64,000 bases of DNA from a virus. The position numbers and the translations under genes are program-made. Under the pieces are notes generated by a model, which was given only the letters and a program-made list of their open reading frames with translations, ran no database searches and had not been told where the DNA came from. The stretch covers positions 64,001 through 128,000 of the IMG/VR virus record IMGVR_UViG_3300032272_000003; one strand, given 5' to 3'. Positions 17,289 through 27,017 of the stretch are shown here, piece by piece; position 1 is the stretch's first letter, and every line of letters begins with the position of its first letter.

Positions 17289-18500
17289 ATGTCCGTTGAC
17301 AACACTATTGAATTATATGAAGATACGTTGCTAGACAGCATACCTGATATGCTGACTGAAGCTGTACGTACAATCTTCCCAGGTGACTTCTATAAGAAGA
17401 CCCAACTACCAAGACAAAAGGCCGATACCTTTATAGGTAACCTATTAGGTAAGACCTTCACCGCCCTGACACCAAAGGCCCGTAAGAAGATCAGAGCTAC
17501 TGATAAGTTCGAGCCACGGTTCATCGTAGGCTACAATCTGGAAGACTCACCACTGTTCTATGAAATCTGGTATGACCCATTTGAAAACAGCTTTGTTACT
17601 GTAGACCGCTTTGCTGGTATCATCGGTAGCAAGCGTGATCGCCTTAATGATGCTGTTGCTGACTTCGTTGATGCTGTTGCTGACGTTGAAGGTGAGAACT
17701 TTGATCGAGGTGATCTACGTGATGCTATGAGTAACTTCTCTTCTGCTGTTAGCGGACAGGCTAAGAAAGAGACTCGTGGACGCCCTTCTGGTACCGGTAA
17801 GCACCAGACTCGTGCCCGTACTGTGGCCGATGCTGAGAGAGCAACCGGTGAACTCCCACCTGAACTATATGACCTTCGTTTTCAACAGGTCACAACACAG
17901 TCACGTCAGGGTCGCCCTATTGCCAAACTGGACGTAAGCCAATTAGAACGTAAGCTGGGTAAGCAAGCTGTCACAGAAGCCCTATTCGGTGATCAGGAAG
18001 CAGTTGACACATTACGTGACTCTATCCTTGAGGCCAACCGATCAAGCTCTGCATTACTTCAGGACATCCTAGGTAGTTCTGTTGAGGAATACAAGACCTC
18101 TCGTATGACCCGTAATTCTGCTAAGAAGTTCTGGCAGGTCTGGGGCCGGGATGTTACGTTTCCATTTTCACTCGGATTCCTCGGTAAGCCTAAAGGCAAA
18201 AAAGCAGCTATCCTACGTGGTGACGATGCTAATGGATTCTTCGTAATCGGTTACAGCCTGAACGGTGTGGTTGATATGGAAGTCTGGTTCGTCAAGGACA
18301 ACAAAACAGGTAAGAGCAAATTCCATGTATTCAATATGACTGCTGGTAAGCTGGTAGCCAAAAAGGACAAACTACGTCAAGCACTGAACGTCGTCACTAA
18401 CACAATCGATGTTGATTTTAGTGATGCTATTGGTAGTGAAGACATTAAGTTTGCCCAACGTCGTATCGATATATCTAAGAAAGAATTGGACACTGAATAA
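17289..18500 (+). CDS. Hypothetical late protein with an internally duplicated domain
   Basis: FIVGYNL..YEIWYD and FVIGYSL..MEVWFV repeats; several LxE/TEA sites. Confidence 0.75.
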   Translation: MSVDNTIELYEDTLLDSIPDMLTEAVRTIFPGDFYKKTQLPRQKADTFIGNLLGKTFTALTPKARKKIRATDKFEPRFIVGYNLEDSPLFYEIWYDPFENSFVTVDRFAGIIGSKRDRLNDAVADFVDAVADVEGENFDRGDLRDAMSNFSSAVSGQAKKETRGRPSGTGKHQTRARTVADAERATGELPPELYDLRFQQVTTQSRQGRPIAKLDVSQLERKLGKQAVTEALFGDQEAVDTLRDSILEANRSSSALLQDILGSSVEEYKTSRMTRNSAKKFWQVWGRDVTFPFSLGFLGKPKGKKAAILRGDDANGFFVIGYSLNGVVDMEVWFVKDNKTGKSKFHVFNMTAGKLVAKKDKLRQALNVVTNTIDVDFSDAIGSEDIKFAQRRIDISKKELDTE

Positions 18501-20746
18501 TGGCCGGTGAAAGAGACACGGATGCTGACCTAAAGCGTTTAGCAGGCTTCGCTGAAAGTACAGAGAAGCTATTAAAAACGTTTCAGAAGAGCCGTGTCTT
18601 GGATGCGGAGACTAAATCACATCAGGCCAAGCTTGAGAAGCTGTTAGAGACCACTAATAAGATCATGAAGGGCGAAGCTACTGCTGGCGAAGCTGCTGGC
18701 TTTGATGACCTCGTGGCTGCCTCTGAGATGTCTCTCCAGGTATTACATAAGTCTAAGAAAGACGACAAACAATTCCAAAGTGCCATGCAGAAGTCATTCG
18801 GTGGTGGTACCAATCAAGGTTCTATTGCTAGGGACATTAGCCGTAATATGTCGGCCTCTGTATCAGACATCGTATCATCTGCTGCTGTAGTCAATGCTGC
18901 TGCTACGAGAGATGTTGCTGATGTGAGTGCCGACTTCCTCGGTGGTCCATTAGGTAAAATAGCTGCCCAGGCCATAGACACCGACAAGATCAGCCAAGCA
19001 TTCTCCGGCGACTCTCCTGCTGAAGAAGTAGCCATGGACCAAAGGGATACAACCAATGAGTTATTAAGGGGTGTATTCGATGAGGCCAAGGATGATGATA
19101 GTGATGTTCAATTAAGAAAACAGATTGGGACTGCTATTGCTGTTCCAACACAACGTACTGCTGAAGAAGAATCTTTATTCCAACGTAATGTGCTTGGTGA
19201 CGAAGATGTACCTAGTAGTGATTTATTCACTAGTGATAGCCTTAATGAGTTAATAGCTCATGATGCGTTACTACATAAAGAAGCATTAATGCTCAACCAA
19301 GAATTACATGATGAATTATTAACCAATTTAGATTCCCTGGACAAGACATTTAAGAATATTGGCCCTGAAGGACTGTCGGCTGCTGCTGAAGAGTTCGCAA
19401 CCGCCATGGGTGAGTTCAGAACTAAACCTATATTGGTTAGGTCTGCCCCTATTGATGATCGTAAGCAGGGTTTATGGCAGAGACTATTCGAAAAGCAACA
19501 AAAAACCGATACCGACATATTGAAAGGTGCCCAAGATAGAACCACTGTGGCCATTAAAGGTACCAGGGGTGCCGAGGGTATTAGAGGATTACTGAGGAAC
19601 ATCAATACATTTGGTGGGGTCAGACGTGCTCAGAGACTTCAAGAGAGACAAGGTAGGGGTGAGCTGACGGGTATTAGTGGATTCTTCGCTGAAAGCCGTA
19701 TACGTAAGGCCCAAAAACAAGGCTTAATAGGTGAGTCTGGTCTTAGACAACAATTACAGGCTGGTGCCGGAGGTGGTGGTAAGTTCGCTGGTGCCCAGGC
19801 AGAAGAATTAAGTGAGAGCACTATTAAATTCAACAATACTGCTGCTGAGTTATTAGAACAGATCGCAGGTCTATTAGAAGATGGCCTGGGTATATCAAGA
19901 CGTATTGCCGATGAGGTGGAAGAACAGGTCACTACTAAGGGGCCTGGTATATTCAGTAAGATTAAAGGATTCTTCTCTCTTGGCCTGGGTGGTATGATGG
20001 CAACTATGTTCGCTGGTGGTAAAAAAACCATATTCGGATTCATTAAGAAGCTATTCAACCCCGCCGCTTTAGGTACAGCCCTACGTGCAGTATCAATACC
20101 AGCAATGGCCGGTGCCGTGGCATTCTTTGTTGGTAACTTTGTCGGTAAGAATGTAGTCAAGCCAGTATTCGATATGGTTGATAAGTTCTTCGGTAACACA
20201 CTGAGCGATGCTATCGCTTCGGGCATCATTAAGATGGGTGTAGTGTTAGAGAAGATACCAGGATTCACTAGGCTGTTTGGTACCAACTTCACTGAACAGG
20301 CTGCAATGGTCGAACGTAATAAGGAAGCTGCCAGAACAGCTCTTGCAGAGGAAGCACGTATTCGTGATATCCATGCTGCTAAAATGTCTCGCTTGGCCGA
20401 AGAAGAACAAATGCGTGAGACAGAGATGTGGCAGAACAAAGTTGATAACGTTAAACATTTCGGTAAGGAGATCGCTGATAACACTAATAAACTATTCACT
20501 GACCCTGTTGGTTATGCTCAAGCGAATATACCTGGAGCAATTACTGCTGTGAAGAAAGCACCATCACAGGCAGAACAGGCGGCAATTATAGCCAACAATT
20601 TACTTGCCACTAAGATAGACAAAATGACAGGTCAACAAGTAGCAGCACTTAGAAAGATCGCTGGTGAGCTTGCCGGTGCCGTGGGTAACATCACCACACC
20701 AGGAGTCAATGACGACCCTGGTACTAGAGGATTAATAGGAGGTTAG
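18500..20746 (+). CDS. Tape-measure / gp29-like baseplate hub protein
   Basis: 748 aa, helical A/G-rich with hydrophobic segments, positioned before the gp48/gp53-like genes. Confidence 0.75.
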   Translation: MAGERDTDADLKRLAGFAESTEKLLKTFQKSRVLDAETKSHQAKLEKLLETTNKIMKGEATAGEAAGFDDLVAASEMSLQVLHKSKKDDKQFQSAMQKSFGGGTNQGSIARDISRNMSASVSDIVSSAAVVNAAATRDVADVSADFLGGPLGKIAAQAIDTDKISQAFSGDSPAEEVAMDQRDTTNELLRGVFDEAKDDDSDVQLRKQIGTAIAVPTQRTAEEESLFQRNVLGDEDVPSSDLFTSDSLNELIAHDALLHKEALMLNQELHDELLTNLDSLDKTFKNIGPEGLSAAAEEFATAMGEFRTKPILVRSAPIDDRKQGLWQRLFEKQQKTDTDILKGAQDRTTVAIKGTRGAEGIRGLLRNINTFGGVRRAQRLQERQGRGELTGISGFFAESRIRKAQKQGLIGESGLRQQLQAGAGGGGKFAGAQAEELSESTIKFNNTAAELLEQIAGLLEDGLGISRRIADEVEEQVTTKGPGIFSKIKGFFSLGLGGMMATMFAGGKKTIFGFIKKLFNPAALGTALRAVSIPAMAGAVAFFVGNFVGKNVVKPVFDMVDKFFGNTLSDAIASGIIKMGVVLEKIPGFTRLFGTNFTEQAAMVERNKEAARTALAEEARIRDIHAAKMSRLAEEEQMRETEMWQNKVDNVKHFGKEIADNTNKLFTDPVGYAQANIPGAITAVKKAPSQAEQAAIIANNLLATKIDKMTGQQVAALRKIAGELAGAVGNITTPGVNDDPGTRGLIGG

Positions 20747-20748
20747 TA

Positions 20749-21459
20749 ATGGCTTTACATTTAGACAAATTGGACGCTTCAAGACTCATTCGAATATACC
20801 AGACGGAAGGTGGTATGTATGCGGTTGCCCATTTACCCGAGACATTCGGTATAGCCTCCGGTGCAGAAGTCACAGAACCATTTGCAAGCTTTACCAGTGA
20901 CGGTAATGCAGCATCACTCATGAGACTACTGGGTGTGAGTAATAAGGTCGGACTGGCCACAACCAAAGTATTCGTAGGCCCGGATCATCCAGCCATCTCA
21001 GTCGATCTCAAGTTCGAAGCATACTATGATGCCTTTGCTGAGGTGATCATACCAGTATTCAATCTATTAGCCATGTCTGCTGCCACAGTAGGTAACGCTG
21101 AGGATTCAGGTATCAAGGCATTAGCCGAAACAGTCGGCCTGATTAAGAAGGGAGCTGCCGGTGCGGCCCAGGTTGCCGGTGCGGCCATTGGTCAGGCACA
21201 ATTAGCAAATCAGATAGCAGAGTCAATCAGTAGCTTCAAGATTCAATACCTCAAGGCTCCAAGTCCTGTACATGTAAAGTTCGGTAAGGTTCTCAAAATA
21301 CCAGAAGCATTCATCACCAGTGTTGATCCTCACTTCTCAAACATACTGGATGCCAATGGGTACCCTATAGAAGCGACAGTGAGTGTTACGTTTGAGATGA
21401 TCAAGCCACCAACCCGTGCCGATTTCTATGACATGGTTTTTAATGCGAGTAGCGACTAA
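20749..21459 (+). CDS. Baseplate tail-tube cap (gp48-like)
   Basis: FITSVDPHFS...GYPIEATVSVTFE C-terminal motif; synteny. Confidence 0.7.
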   Translation: MALHLDKLDASRLIRIYQTEGGMYAVAHLPETFGIASGAEVTEPFASFTSDGNAASLMRLLGVSNKVGLATTKVFVGPDHPAISVDLKFEAYYDAFAEVIIPVFNLLAMSAATVGNAEDSGIKALAETVGLIKKGAAGAAQVAGAAIGQAQLANQIAESISSFKIQYLKAPSPVHVKFGKVLKIPEAFITSVDPHFSNILDANGYPIEATVSVTFEMIKPPTRADFYDMVFNASSD

Positions 21460-21821
21460 TGGCGATAACCGATAGAAAGAGCCTATACAGGCATGTCCTG
21501 GTAGATGGTAATAAAGAGATTGATCCACTTGACAGTGTAATACCTGATATGGAATTCTCTGATGACCGCTCACGTTCAATTGTAATCAGTGAAGACTTAC
21601 TGGGTAGACTCGATTTAATATCCTTCTACCTATATGACACGTCTGACTTCTGGTGGTTGATTGCCCAACATAACGATCTCCTGAACCCTATGGAAGATAT
21701 GTATATTGGTCAGGTACTCATGATACCGTCACAGATCGATTTCTATAACATCTACAATGCCAATGCTATTACCGACGATGTAGAGAAGGTATTCAGTAAG
21801 CGTGAGCTGGAGCTTGAATAA
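21459..21821 (+). CDS. gp53: Baseplate wedge LysM-like protein (gp53-like)
   Basis: RLDLISFYLY....WWLIAQHN...NP.....GQVLMIP. Confidence 0.85.
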   Translation: MAITDRKSLYRHVLVDGNKEIDPLDSVIPDMEFSDDRSRSIVISEDLLGRLDLISFYLYDTSDFWWLIAQHNDLLNPMEDMYIGQVLMIPSQIDFYNIYNANAITDDVEKVFSKRELELE

Positions 21822-23041
21822 TGGCTGAGACTAGTATCTTCGAATACAATTTAGATAACAAACAGGTCATACGACTGTCTGCTGATGTAACCGATCCATT
21901 GTCAGTCCTAAGCATCTCCACGGTTGTCCTAGAAGAACAGCTTGGTTTAGGGTCTCCTATGCTATCAATCAACATGGTCGATGGCCTGGGTGATGTATTG
22001 GGTAAGTTCTTATTCGATCCCACAATGGTTTTTACACTATCATATGGCCTCACTGAAGACACTCTCCAGAATGCCACATTCAAATTCGCCTCAAGCAAGT
22101 ATGAGAATGCAAGTTCTGGGTCAAGCACAAATATATTAACGACCGTGAACTTCATAGGAAGCCACTGGGAAGGTTTTCTCAAGGATACCCATAGTAGGTC
22201 ATGGACACAGAAGCGTTACTCCGCAGTGGCGAGCACGATAGCTGCTGAGATAGGATACACGGCTGATGTAGAAGAGACCAAAGACTTCCATAACGTTATA
22301 CAACCTGACTGGACCAATTATCAATTGTTAAAGTGGATGGCAGAGAATGCTGTTAATACTAAAGACATCGGTGGGTACTTTGTGGGCCTTACCCTGGACA
22401 AGCGACTCATCTTCCGCCCTGTTGATCATTTAGCAGAGGTGGTACCAGCAGCGACCTACGTATTGAACGATTCCGATAAGAAACAATCCGATGATGAGTT
22501 GGATTACTTCAGAGCATTCCTTGTGAAGAACGATTATGTGTCGTCAGTAGCCAAGGCAGCATCCGGTGTTAAGTATATGTACTTCGATTTTGCCACTGGA
22601 CAGTTTATTAATGGCGAGAGTAAGGTATCTACCTCCAAGCAGAGACAATTAAGTGATGTATTTTACATTGCCGATGAGCATGAGAACGCTCCAAATAGAT
22701 ATTATGGTGGTCGTAATACTAATACTCCATCATTATCAGAGAATAATGTATTAAATTCGGCTAATTCAATTAATAGGGCAACCATTTCTATCGAGGGTAA
22801 CACCTTTTTACATGCCGGTGACGTATTAAATATGATTATTCCATCTAATTTAGCACATATTGATAATGTAATTGAGGAATATTACTCTGGCTACTGGTTA
22901 ATTGAAAGAATTGCTCATGTATTTAATATGAATAATGGTAAAGTCGTGTCGAATATTACATTAATTCGCCCTGGTATCAACTCACCTCTTATATCTGGCT
23001 ATGTCAAGTCTACCAAAGGCAAGAAGATCACCGAATTATAA
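21821..23041 (+). CDS. Baseplate hub protein (gp27/GpD-like)
   Basis: HSRSW, IQPDWTNYQLL, GNTFLHAGD and YSGYWLIERIAH motifs. Confidence 0.8.
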   Translation: MAETSIFEYNLDNKQVIRLSADVTDPLSVLSISTVVLEEQLGLGSPMLSINMVDGLGDVLGKFLFDPTMVFTLSYGLTEDTLQNATFKFASSKYENASSGSSTNILTTVNFIGSHWEGFLKDTHSRSWTQKRYSAVASTIAAEIGYTADVEETKDFHNVIQPDWTNYQLLKWMAENAVNTKDIGGYFVGLTLDKRLIFRPVDHLAEVVPAATYVLNDSDKKQSDDELDYFRAFLVKNDYVSSVAKAASGVKYMYFDFATGQFINGESKVSTSKQRQLSDVFYIADEHENAPNRYYGGRNTNTPSLSENNVLNSANSINRATISIEGNTFLHAGDVLNMIIPSNLAHIDNVIEEYYSGYWLIERIAHVFNMNNGKVVSNITLIRPGINSPLISGYVKSTKGKKITEL

Positions 23042-23230
23042 TACCCACAGTGCTAGATGGAGTGCTGTGGCTTCCTCGGTCCTAAACCTTTTACGAATCC
23101 TCTCATATGCATTACTTGACTGACTGATAGCAGCCAACTGTACTTCTGGTTCAGGGTCATCCATATGACCAATGAAAGACCAATGCTCTTCTATCAGCCC
23201 CAAACGATATTTGATATAGACCTGGCCCAT
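23036..23230 (-). CDS. Helical-repeat (DUF4116-like) small protein
   Basis: DPEPEVQLAAI; ends LHLALWVL; likely start 23230 (TGATG overlap). Confidence 0.75.
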   Translation of the reverse strand: MGQVYIKYRLGLIEEHWSFIGHMDDPEPEVQLAAISQSSNAYERIRKRFRTEEATALHLALWVL

Positions 23231-23466
23231 CACATCACCCACAATGCCATGTGTAAGTTTCTGGCTTCATCGGTTGGCTTCTTGATACATCTATACGCCC
23301 ACCTGGACGTTTTAATAGCCGCCAACTGTATTGTCTCAGATGGATTTTCGATGTACATGATGTCAGTCCCTATAATGGATATGTGATCCACTTTGTCATC
23401 TTCAGACAAACTCATTATCCACCGTGTTTTACTAGCACTATATGTAATATAATCCTCGGTAATCAT
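23230..23466 (-). CDS. Helical-repeat (DUF4116-like) small protein
   Basis: YIENPSETIQLAAI; ends LHMALWVM. Confidence 0.8.
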   Translation of the reverse strand: MITEDYITYSASKTRWIMSLSEDDKVDHISIIGTDIMYIENPSETIQLAAIKTSRWAYRCIKKPTDEARNLHMALWVM

Positions 23467-23738
23467 AAGCACCACATCGCTTTATGTAGATTGGTCACTT
23501 CTTGTGAAGGATTCTTAATGTGGTCATAACAATCAGGATGATGAGCAACAGCATATAGCTGTACTTCCTCTAAGGGATTATCAATAAGCCCGAAGAGGTG
23601 TATGTGATTCCTAACAATATATGACTGAGCATGTAGCGTCGGGTTGGGTATCATACCGATACTATAGGCCGACGTGGCAATCAGAGTTAATTGCTGTGTT
23701 GTGCTTAGATTTGAATAATCATGTTCAGAATCGACCAT
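23463..23738 (-). CDS. Helical-repeat (DUF4116-like) small protein
   Basis: IDNPLEEVQLYAV; ends LHKAMWCL. Confidence 0.8.
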   Translation of the reverse strand: MVDSEHDYSNLSTTQQLTLIATSAYSIGMIPNPTLHAQSYIVRNHIHLFGLIDNPLEEVQLYAVAHHPDCYDHIKNPSQEVTNLHKAMWCL

Positions 23739-23986
23739 CACATCACCCACAGTGCCATGTGTAAGACTTTGGCTTCATCAGTAGGATTATCAATACAGTC
23801 ATAGGCCCACCTGGTCGTTTTAATAGCCGCCAACTGTACAGCCTCTGATGGATTATTAATATACATGATGTCAGACCCCTTACCGCTTATAGAATTTACA
23901 GCTAATAGTTGGTCTTCTTCACTCATAGCATTGTACATAGCAAATTGGTCACGCGCCCATTCTTCATAGTCAGTATCCACTTCCAT
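23738..23986 (-). CDS. Helical-repeat (DUF4116-like) small protein
   Basis: YINNPSEAVQLAAI; recent DNA-level duplicate of the 23230 gene. Confidence 0.8.
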   Translation of the reverse strand: MEVDTDYEEWARDQFAMYNAMSEEDQLLAVNSISGKGSDIMYINNPSEAVQLAAIKTTRWAYDCIDNPTDEAKVLHMALWVM

Positions 23987-24010
23987 ATTCTTATGCCTTT
24001 GTAATTTGTA

Positions 24011-24373
24011 TTATAAAGCCCACAAGGCTTTATCTAATATTACCACCTCACAACAAGGATTGTCAATACACTGGATGGCTAATGGACTGGCTATCACCGC
24101 CATGACCTGTAACTCATTGGGTGGGTTATCGATATAAAAGATAGAACATGGATGGGCCTTAACTGCAATCTCCATAGCCCAAATAGGTGGATTAGGGACA
24201 TGCATGATAGCATATCCATTGTTCCTGAGAATCTGTACATTATCATCGCGTTTCATCCTCAAAATCATATGATTTTGTATGGCATTGTGTATAGGAATAA
24301 AATCACATGTAAGATTACTCAGCCACTTGGCATCCTTACCGGCTAACAGATGCTTACGTACCTGACCTATCAT
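24011..24373 (-). CDS. Helical-repeat (DUF4116-like) small protein
   Basis: Three ~22-aa NP repeats; ends LDKALWAL. Confidence 0.8.
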   Translation of the reverse strand: MIGQVRKHLLAGKDAKWLSNLTCDFIPIHNAIQNHMILRMKRDDNVQILRNNGYAIMHVPNPPIWAMEIAVKAHPCSIFYIDNPPNELQVMAVIASPLAIQCIDNPCCEVVILDKALWAL

Positions 24374-24756
24374 AGCTTGTACAACGCTGTGTGTAGTGTG
24401 ATTGCTTCTTCACATGGGTTCTTTATATAATGCAAGGCAATATCCATCTCAGTGACGGCTATCATCTGGGCAGCTTCACATGGGTTCTTTATAAGTGCAA
24501 TACATAAGGGATTACCACGGACAGCCACAGTCTGCTCATGCTCTGTAGGATCGTCAAGATACATGATATAGTACCCATTAAACTTCAGAGCCACCGCAAC
24601 CTCGTATGGATCGCCTACTGATACTTTAGGATTGTATTTGGCCTCCCAAGCTGCCCGATGCTCCCTAGACAACCGGCTGTCATTCGTAGAGCCTTTGGGC
24701 CTGCCCCTCTTTTGTTTAATATTATTAAACATCTTTATATCATTTTGATCGATCAT
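24370..24756 (-). CDS. Helical-repeat (DUF4116-like) small protein with AT-hook-like KRGRPKG
   Basis: IKNPCEAAQMIAV repeats; ends LHTALYKL. Confidence 0.8.
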   Translation of the reverse strand: MIDQNDIKMFNNIKQKRGRPKGSTNDSRLSREHRAAWEAKYNPKVSVGDPYEVAVALKFNGYYIMYLDDPTEHEQTVAVRGNPLCIALIKNPCEAAQMIAVTEMDIALHYIKNPCEEAITLHTALYKL

Positions 24757-25130
24757 AACTGATACAAAGCGTTGTATAAAAGGGTCGCTTCCTTGGTAGG
24801 CTTCTCAATATACCCATAGGCCGACTCACATTCTTCAATAGCCACCAGTTGGACTTTTTCACAAGGATCGGTCATGTATTGGATGGCAGAGCCATTGGCA
24901 TGGACAGCAACCAACATATCCCCTATGTGAGGTTTGACCAGGAACAGGTACATGAACCCGTTCTTATAGAGCCTTGTTCGTATTTCTTCATCGTGGTTCA
25001 CGTCAGTATCCTCTAATGTAACAACACCATCGATCAGGTCAGCACTATACTTGACTCCTAACTTGGATGCGAACACAATAGCCGCACTCTTTAATAGCAT
25101 GATATCAAGCTCTTCATAAAAAGCTATCAT
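24753..25130 (-). CDS. Helical-repeat (DUF4116-like) small protein
   Basis: AVHANGSAIQYMTDPCEKVQLVAI; ends LYNALYQL. Confidence 0.8.
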   Translation of the reverse strand: MIAFYEELDIMLLKSAAIVFASKLGVKYSADLIDGVVTLEDTDVNHDEEIRTRLYKNGFMYLFLVKPHIGDMLVAVHANGSAIQYMTDPCEKVQLVAIEECESAYGYIEKPTKEATLLYNALYQL

Positions 25131-25136
25131 TACTCA

Positions 25137-25220
25137 TTACCCACCCATCAGATCATCGTACATCATATATGCGATGAGACCCATACTGATTGTTATACTA
25201 ATCCATGATACTATAATCAT
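25137..25220 (-). CDS. 27-aa hydrophobic peptide
   Basis: SD AAAGGA; MIIVSWISITISMGLIAYMMYDDLMGG. Confidence 0.5.
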   Translation of the reverse strand: MIIVSWISITISMGLIAYMMYDDLMGG

Positions 25221-25238
25221 TTTCCTTTCTCCAGTTAA

Positions 25239-25649
25239 TCATAGTATATTGGCTTTGTATTGTAATGTCAACTCTGGGTCAGAGTGAGTCCATACAACCT
25301 CTTCAATAAGATGACCGCCATCAGCATGGCAACATAATAACACACAGTAGATGACATCACCGCCTGCCTCTGTATACTCGTCAACATACCCCTCATCAAT
25401 CCTTAAATGGAACAACATCTCCATGGCCAGTTGTTTATGATCCATGTCAGAGAAAAAGACCTCATCCAAATATACACTGAAAAGCTCTTCACCAGTGACA
25501 GTACGGTAATTCATATGAATATAATCGAGTGACTTCTCGTTCCATAAGCCAAAGAATGTATCAATCTTCTCAACCATAGGTATTAGATCATCGACAGTCA
25601 TATCCGATACCCGCCTATGGACGGCGACTCTCTTCTGTTGATGCTTCAT
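25239..25649 (-). CDS. Small protein, WTHPDPE..YKA..L subfamily
   Basis: Ends VVWTHSDPELTLQYKANIL. Confidence 0.85.
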   Translation of the reverse strand: MKHQQKRVAVHRRVSDMTVDDLIPMVEKIDTFFGLWNEKSLDYIHMNYRTVTGEELFSVYLDEVFFSDMDHKQLAMEMLFHLRIDEGYVDEYTEAGGDVIYCVLLCCHADGGHLIEEVVWTHSDPELTLQYKANIL

Positions 25650-26023
25650 AGGATATTGGCCTTATATATTAACTCCATCTCAGGGTCAGGGTGAGTCCAT
25701 ACAACTTCGTCCTGTACCGCACACTCATAGATGCTGTTTGGGATTTTATTAGACATCCTTAAATATATTTTGTATATGGTACCGACATTCTTCTCGTCAA
25801 CAATAAGCTCATCTAAAATTAATATTGATAAATGATGTATCGATTTTCTTATGTCTGGGTCATCCTTGGCGAAAAAGTGTGTACAGAACTTATCCTCATT
25901 ATTAATTGATACTGTCTTTACCTGAACATTAAATAGGTTGGAACTGTGCTTGTTATAATAATCCCTTACTTTCTGAGCGATAGGGTAAAAGTCTTCATAT
26001 GAATATGATGATATATCACTCAT
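25646..26023 (-). CDS. Small protein, WTHPDPE..YKA..L subfamily
   Basis: Ends VVWTHPDPEMELIYKANIL. Confidence 0.85.
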   Translation of the reverse strand: MSDISSYSYEDFYPIAQKVRDYYNKHSSNLFNVQVKTVSINNEDKFCTHFFAKDDPDIRKSIHHLSILILDELIVDEKNVGTIYKIYLRMSNKIPNSIYECAVQDEVVWTHPDPEMELIYKANIL

Positions 26024-26358
26024 AATATACTGGCCTTATAGTTAATCTCTACACCGGGGTCAGGATGAGTCCATATAGGTATATATGTACCTTCCGTTCC
26101 GCCTATTAACAATTGATAAATGTTATATGGTCTTATATCGATTTCGACCCTGGCGATCTCTTCTAATACACGTCTAATATGGACAGTCATACTTTCCTCA
26201 AATCTATCAAAGAAGCAGATGTCGATAAAGTCACCATTCTCTAGGTAGGCATTAATAAAGACATATCCAATATCATCGGGCATCGCATCGGAGAGTTCAT
26301 ATATCCTTTCCATGATAGGTTTGAACTCAGCCGGGGTATACTCGGATATCCTTTTCAC
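26020..26358 (-). CDS. Small protein, WTHPDPE..YKA..L subfamily
   Basis: Ends IWTHPDPGVEINYKASIL. Confidence 0.85.
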   Translation of the reverse strand: MKRISEYTPAEFKPIMERIYELSDAMPDDIGYVFINAYLENGDFIDICFFDRFEESMTVHIRRVLEEIARVEIDIRPYNIYQLLIGGTEGTYIPIWTHPDPGVEINYKASIL

Positions 26359-26612
26359 CCCACATGCTCCCTGGTTGCCAGGACGGCTTTGATCTTATCC
26401 ATGTATTCCTTCACCGGGCGACGTGGTACTTCAACATCGTTCTCCCAGTCAGAGCCAATATACTCATGGCACAGTTCACAGCACCGTGGCCCACGGTAAT
26501 GGCCTATAGCTGAGTGAACAGCCCTTGCACTCTTAAGCACATTCAGCAATCGTGGTGTGGATAGCTTATTCAATTGTTCTGCTGTTAGGTAGTTGAGATT
26601 ACTTTTACTCAT
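26355..26612 (-). CDS. Hypothetical protein unrelated to its neighbours
   Basis: KLSTPRLL...CCELC...LATREHV; coupled at both ends. Confidence 0.8.
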   Translation of the reverse strand: MSKSNLNYLTAEQLNKLSTPRLLNVLKSARAVHSAIGHYRGPRCCELCHEYIGSDWENDVEVPRRPVKEYMDKIKAVLATREHVG

Positions 26613-27007
26613 AATTTGTTTGCCTTATAGGTTAGCTTGACCTCTGGATCAGGATGGGTCCATACGTTACAATGTAGTACTGTTTTCTCAGAAACAGCAT
26701 CTACAGTATCTATAGTATCTGGATAATAGTAACATTCCATGGACAGTTTATAAATCATATCACCACTATATTCATCAATCTCATTTAACATAATACTAGC
26801 CAAGTACTCAATTGTAGTATCATCAATATATTCATGATGGAAATAGTATAGTTGACACCTAACACCATCCACGGTATGAACAATCACACGTCTACCATTT
26901 GTGTTACCTCTTTCCACCCACGCTTTGTGGCAATCAATCATTTGAGCCGCAATAGGTATAAACTCTTTGTGAGTCAGTTCTGATAATCGCTTGTATTCAG
27001 ATGTCAT
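26609..27007 (-). CDS. Small protein, WTHPDPE..YKA..L subfamily
   Basis: Start ATG 27007 after GGGAG; ends VWTHPDPEVKLTYKANKL. Confidence 0.85.
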   Translation of the reverse strand: MTSEYKRLSELTHKEFIPIAAQMIDCHKAWVERGNTNGRRVIVHTVDGVRCQLYYFHHEYIDDTTIEYLASIMLNEIDEYSGDMIYKLSMECYYYPDTIDTVDAVSEKTVLHCNVWTHPDPEVKLTYKANKL

Positions 27008-27012
27008 AAATA
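27005..27012 (+). promoter_or_regulatory. Late promoter CATAAATA, 5 nt before gp5 ATG (leaderless)
   Basis: CATAAATA-CTCCC-ATG. Confidence 0.8.
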
Positions 27013-27017
27013 CTCCC

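Noticed and set aside
23230-23880. Near-identical segments in two small genes as a DGR template/variable pair
   Set aside because: Differences are not restricted to adenines, both copies are coding, and no reverse transcriptase lies in the window
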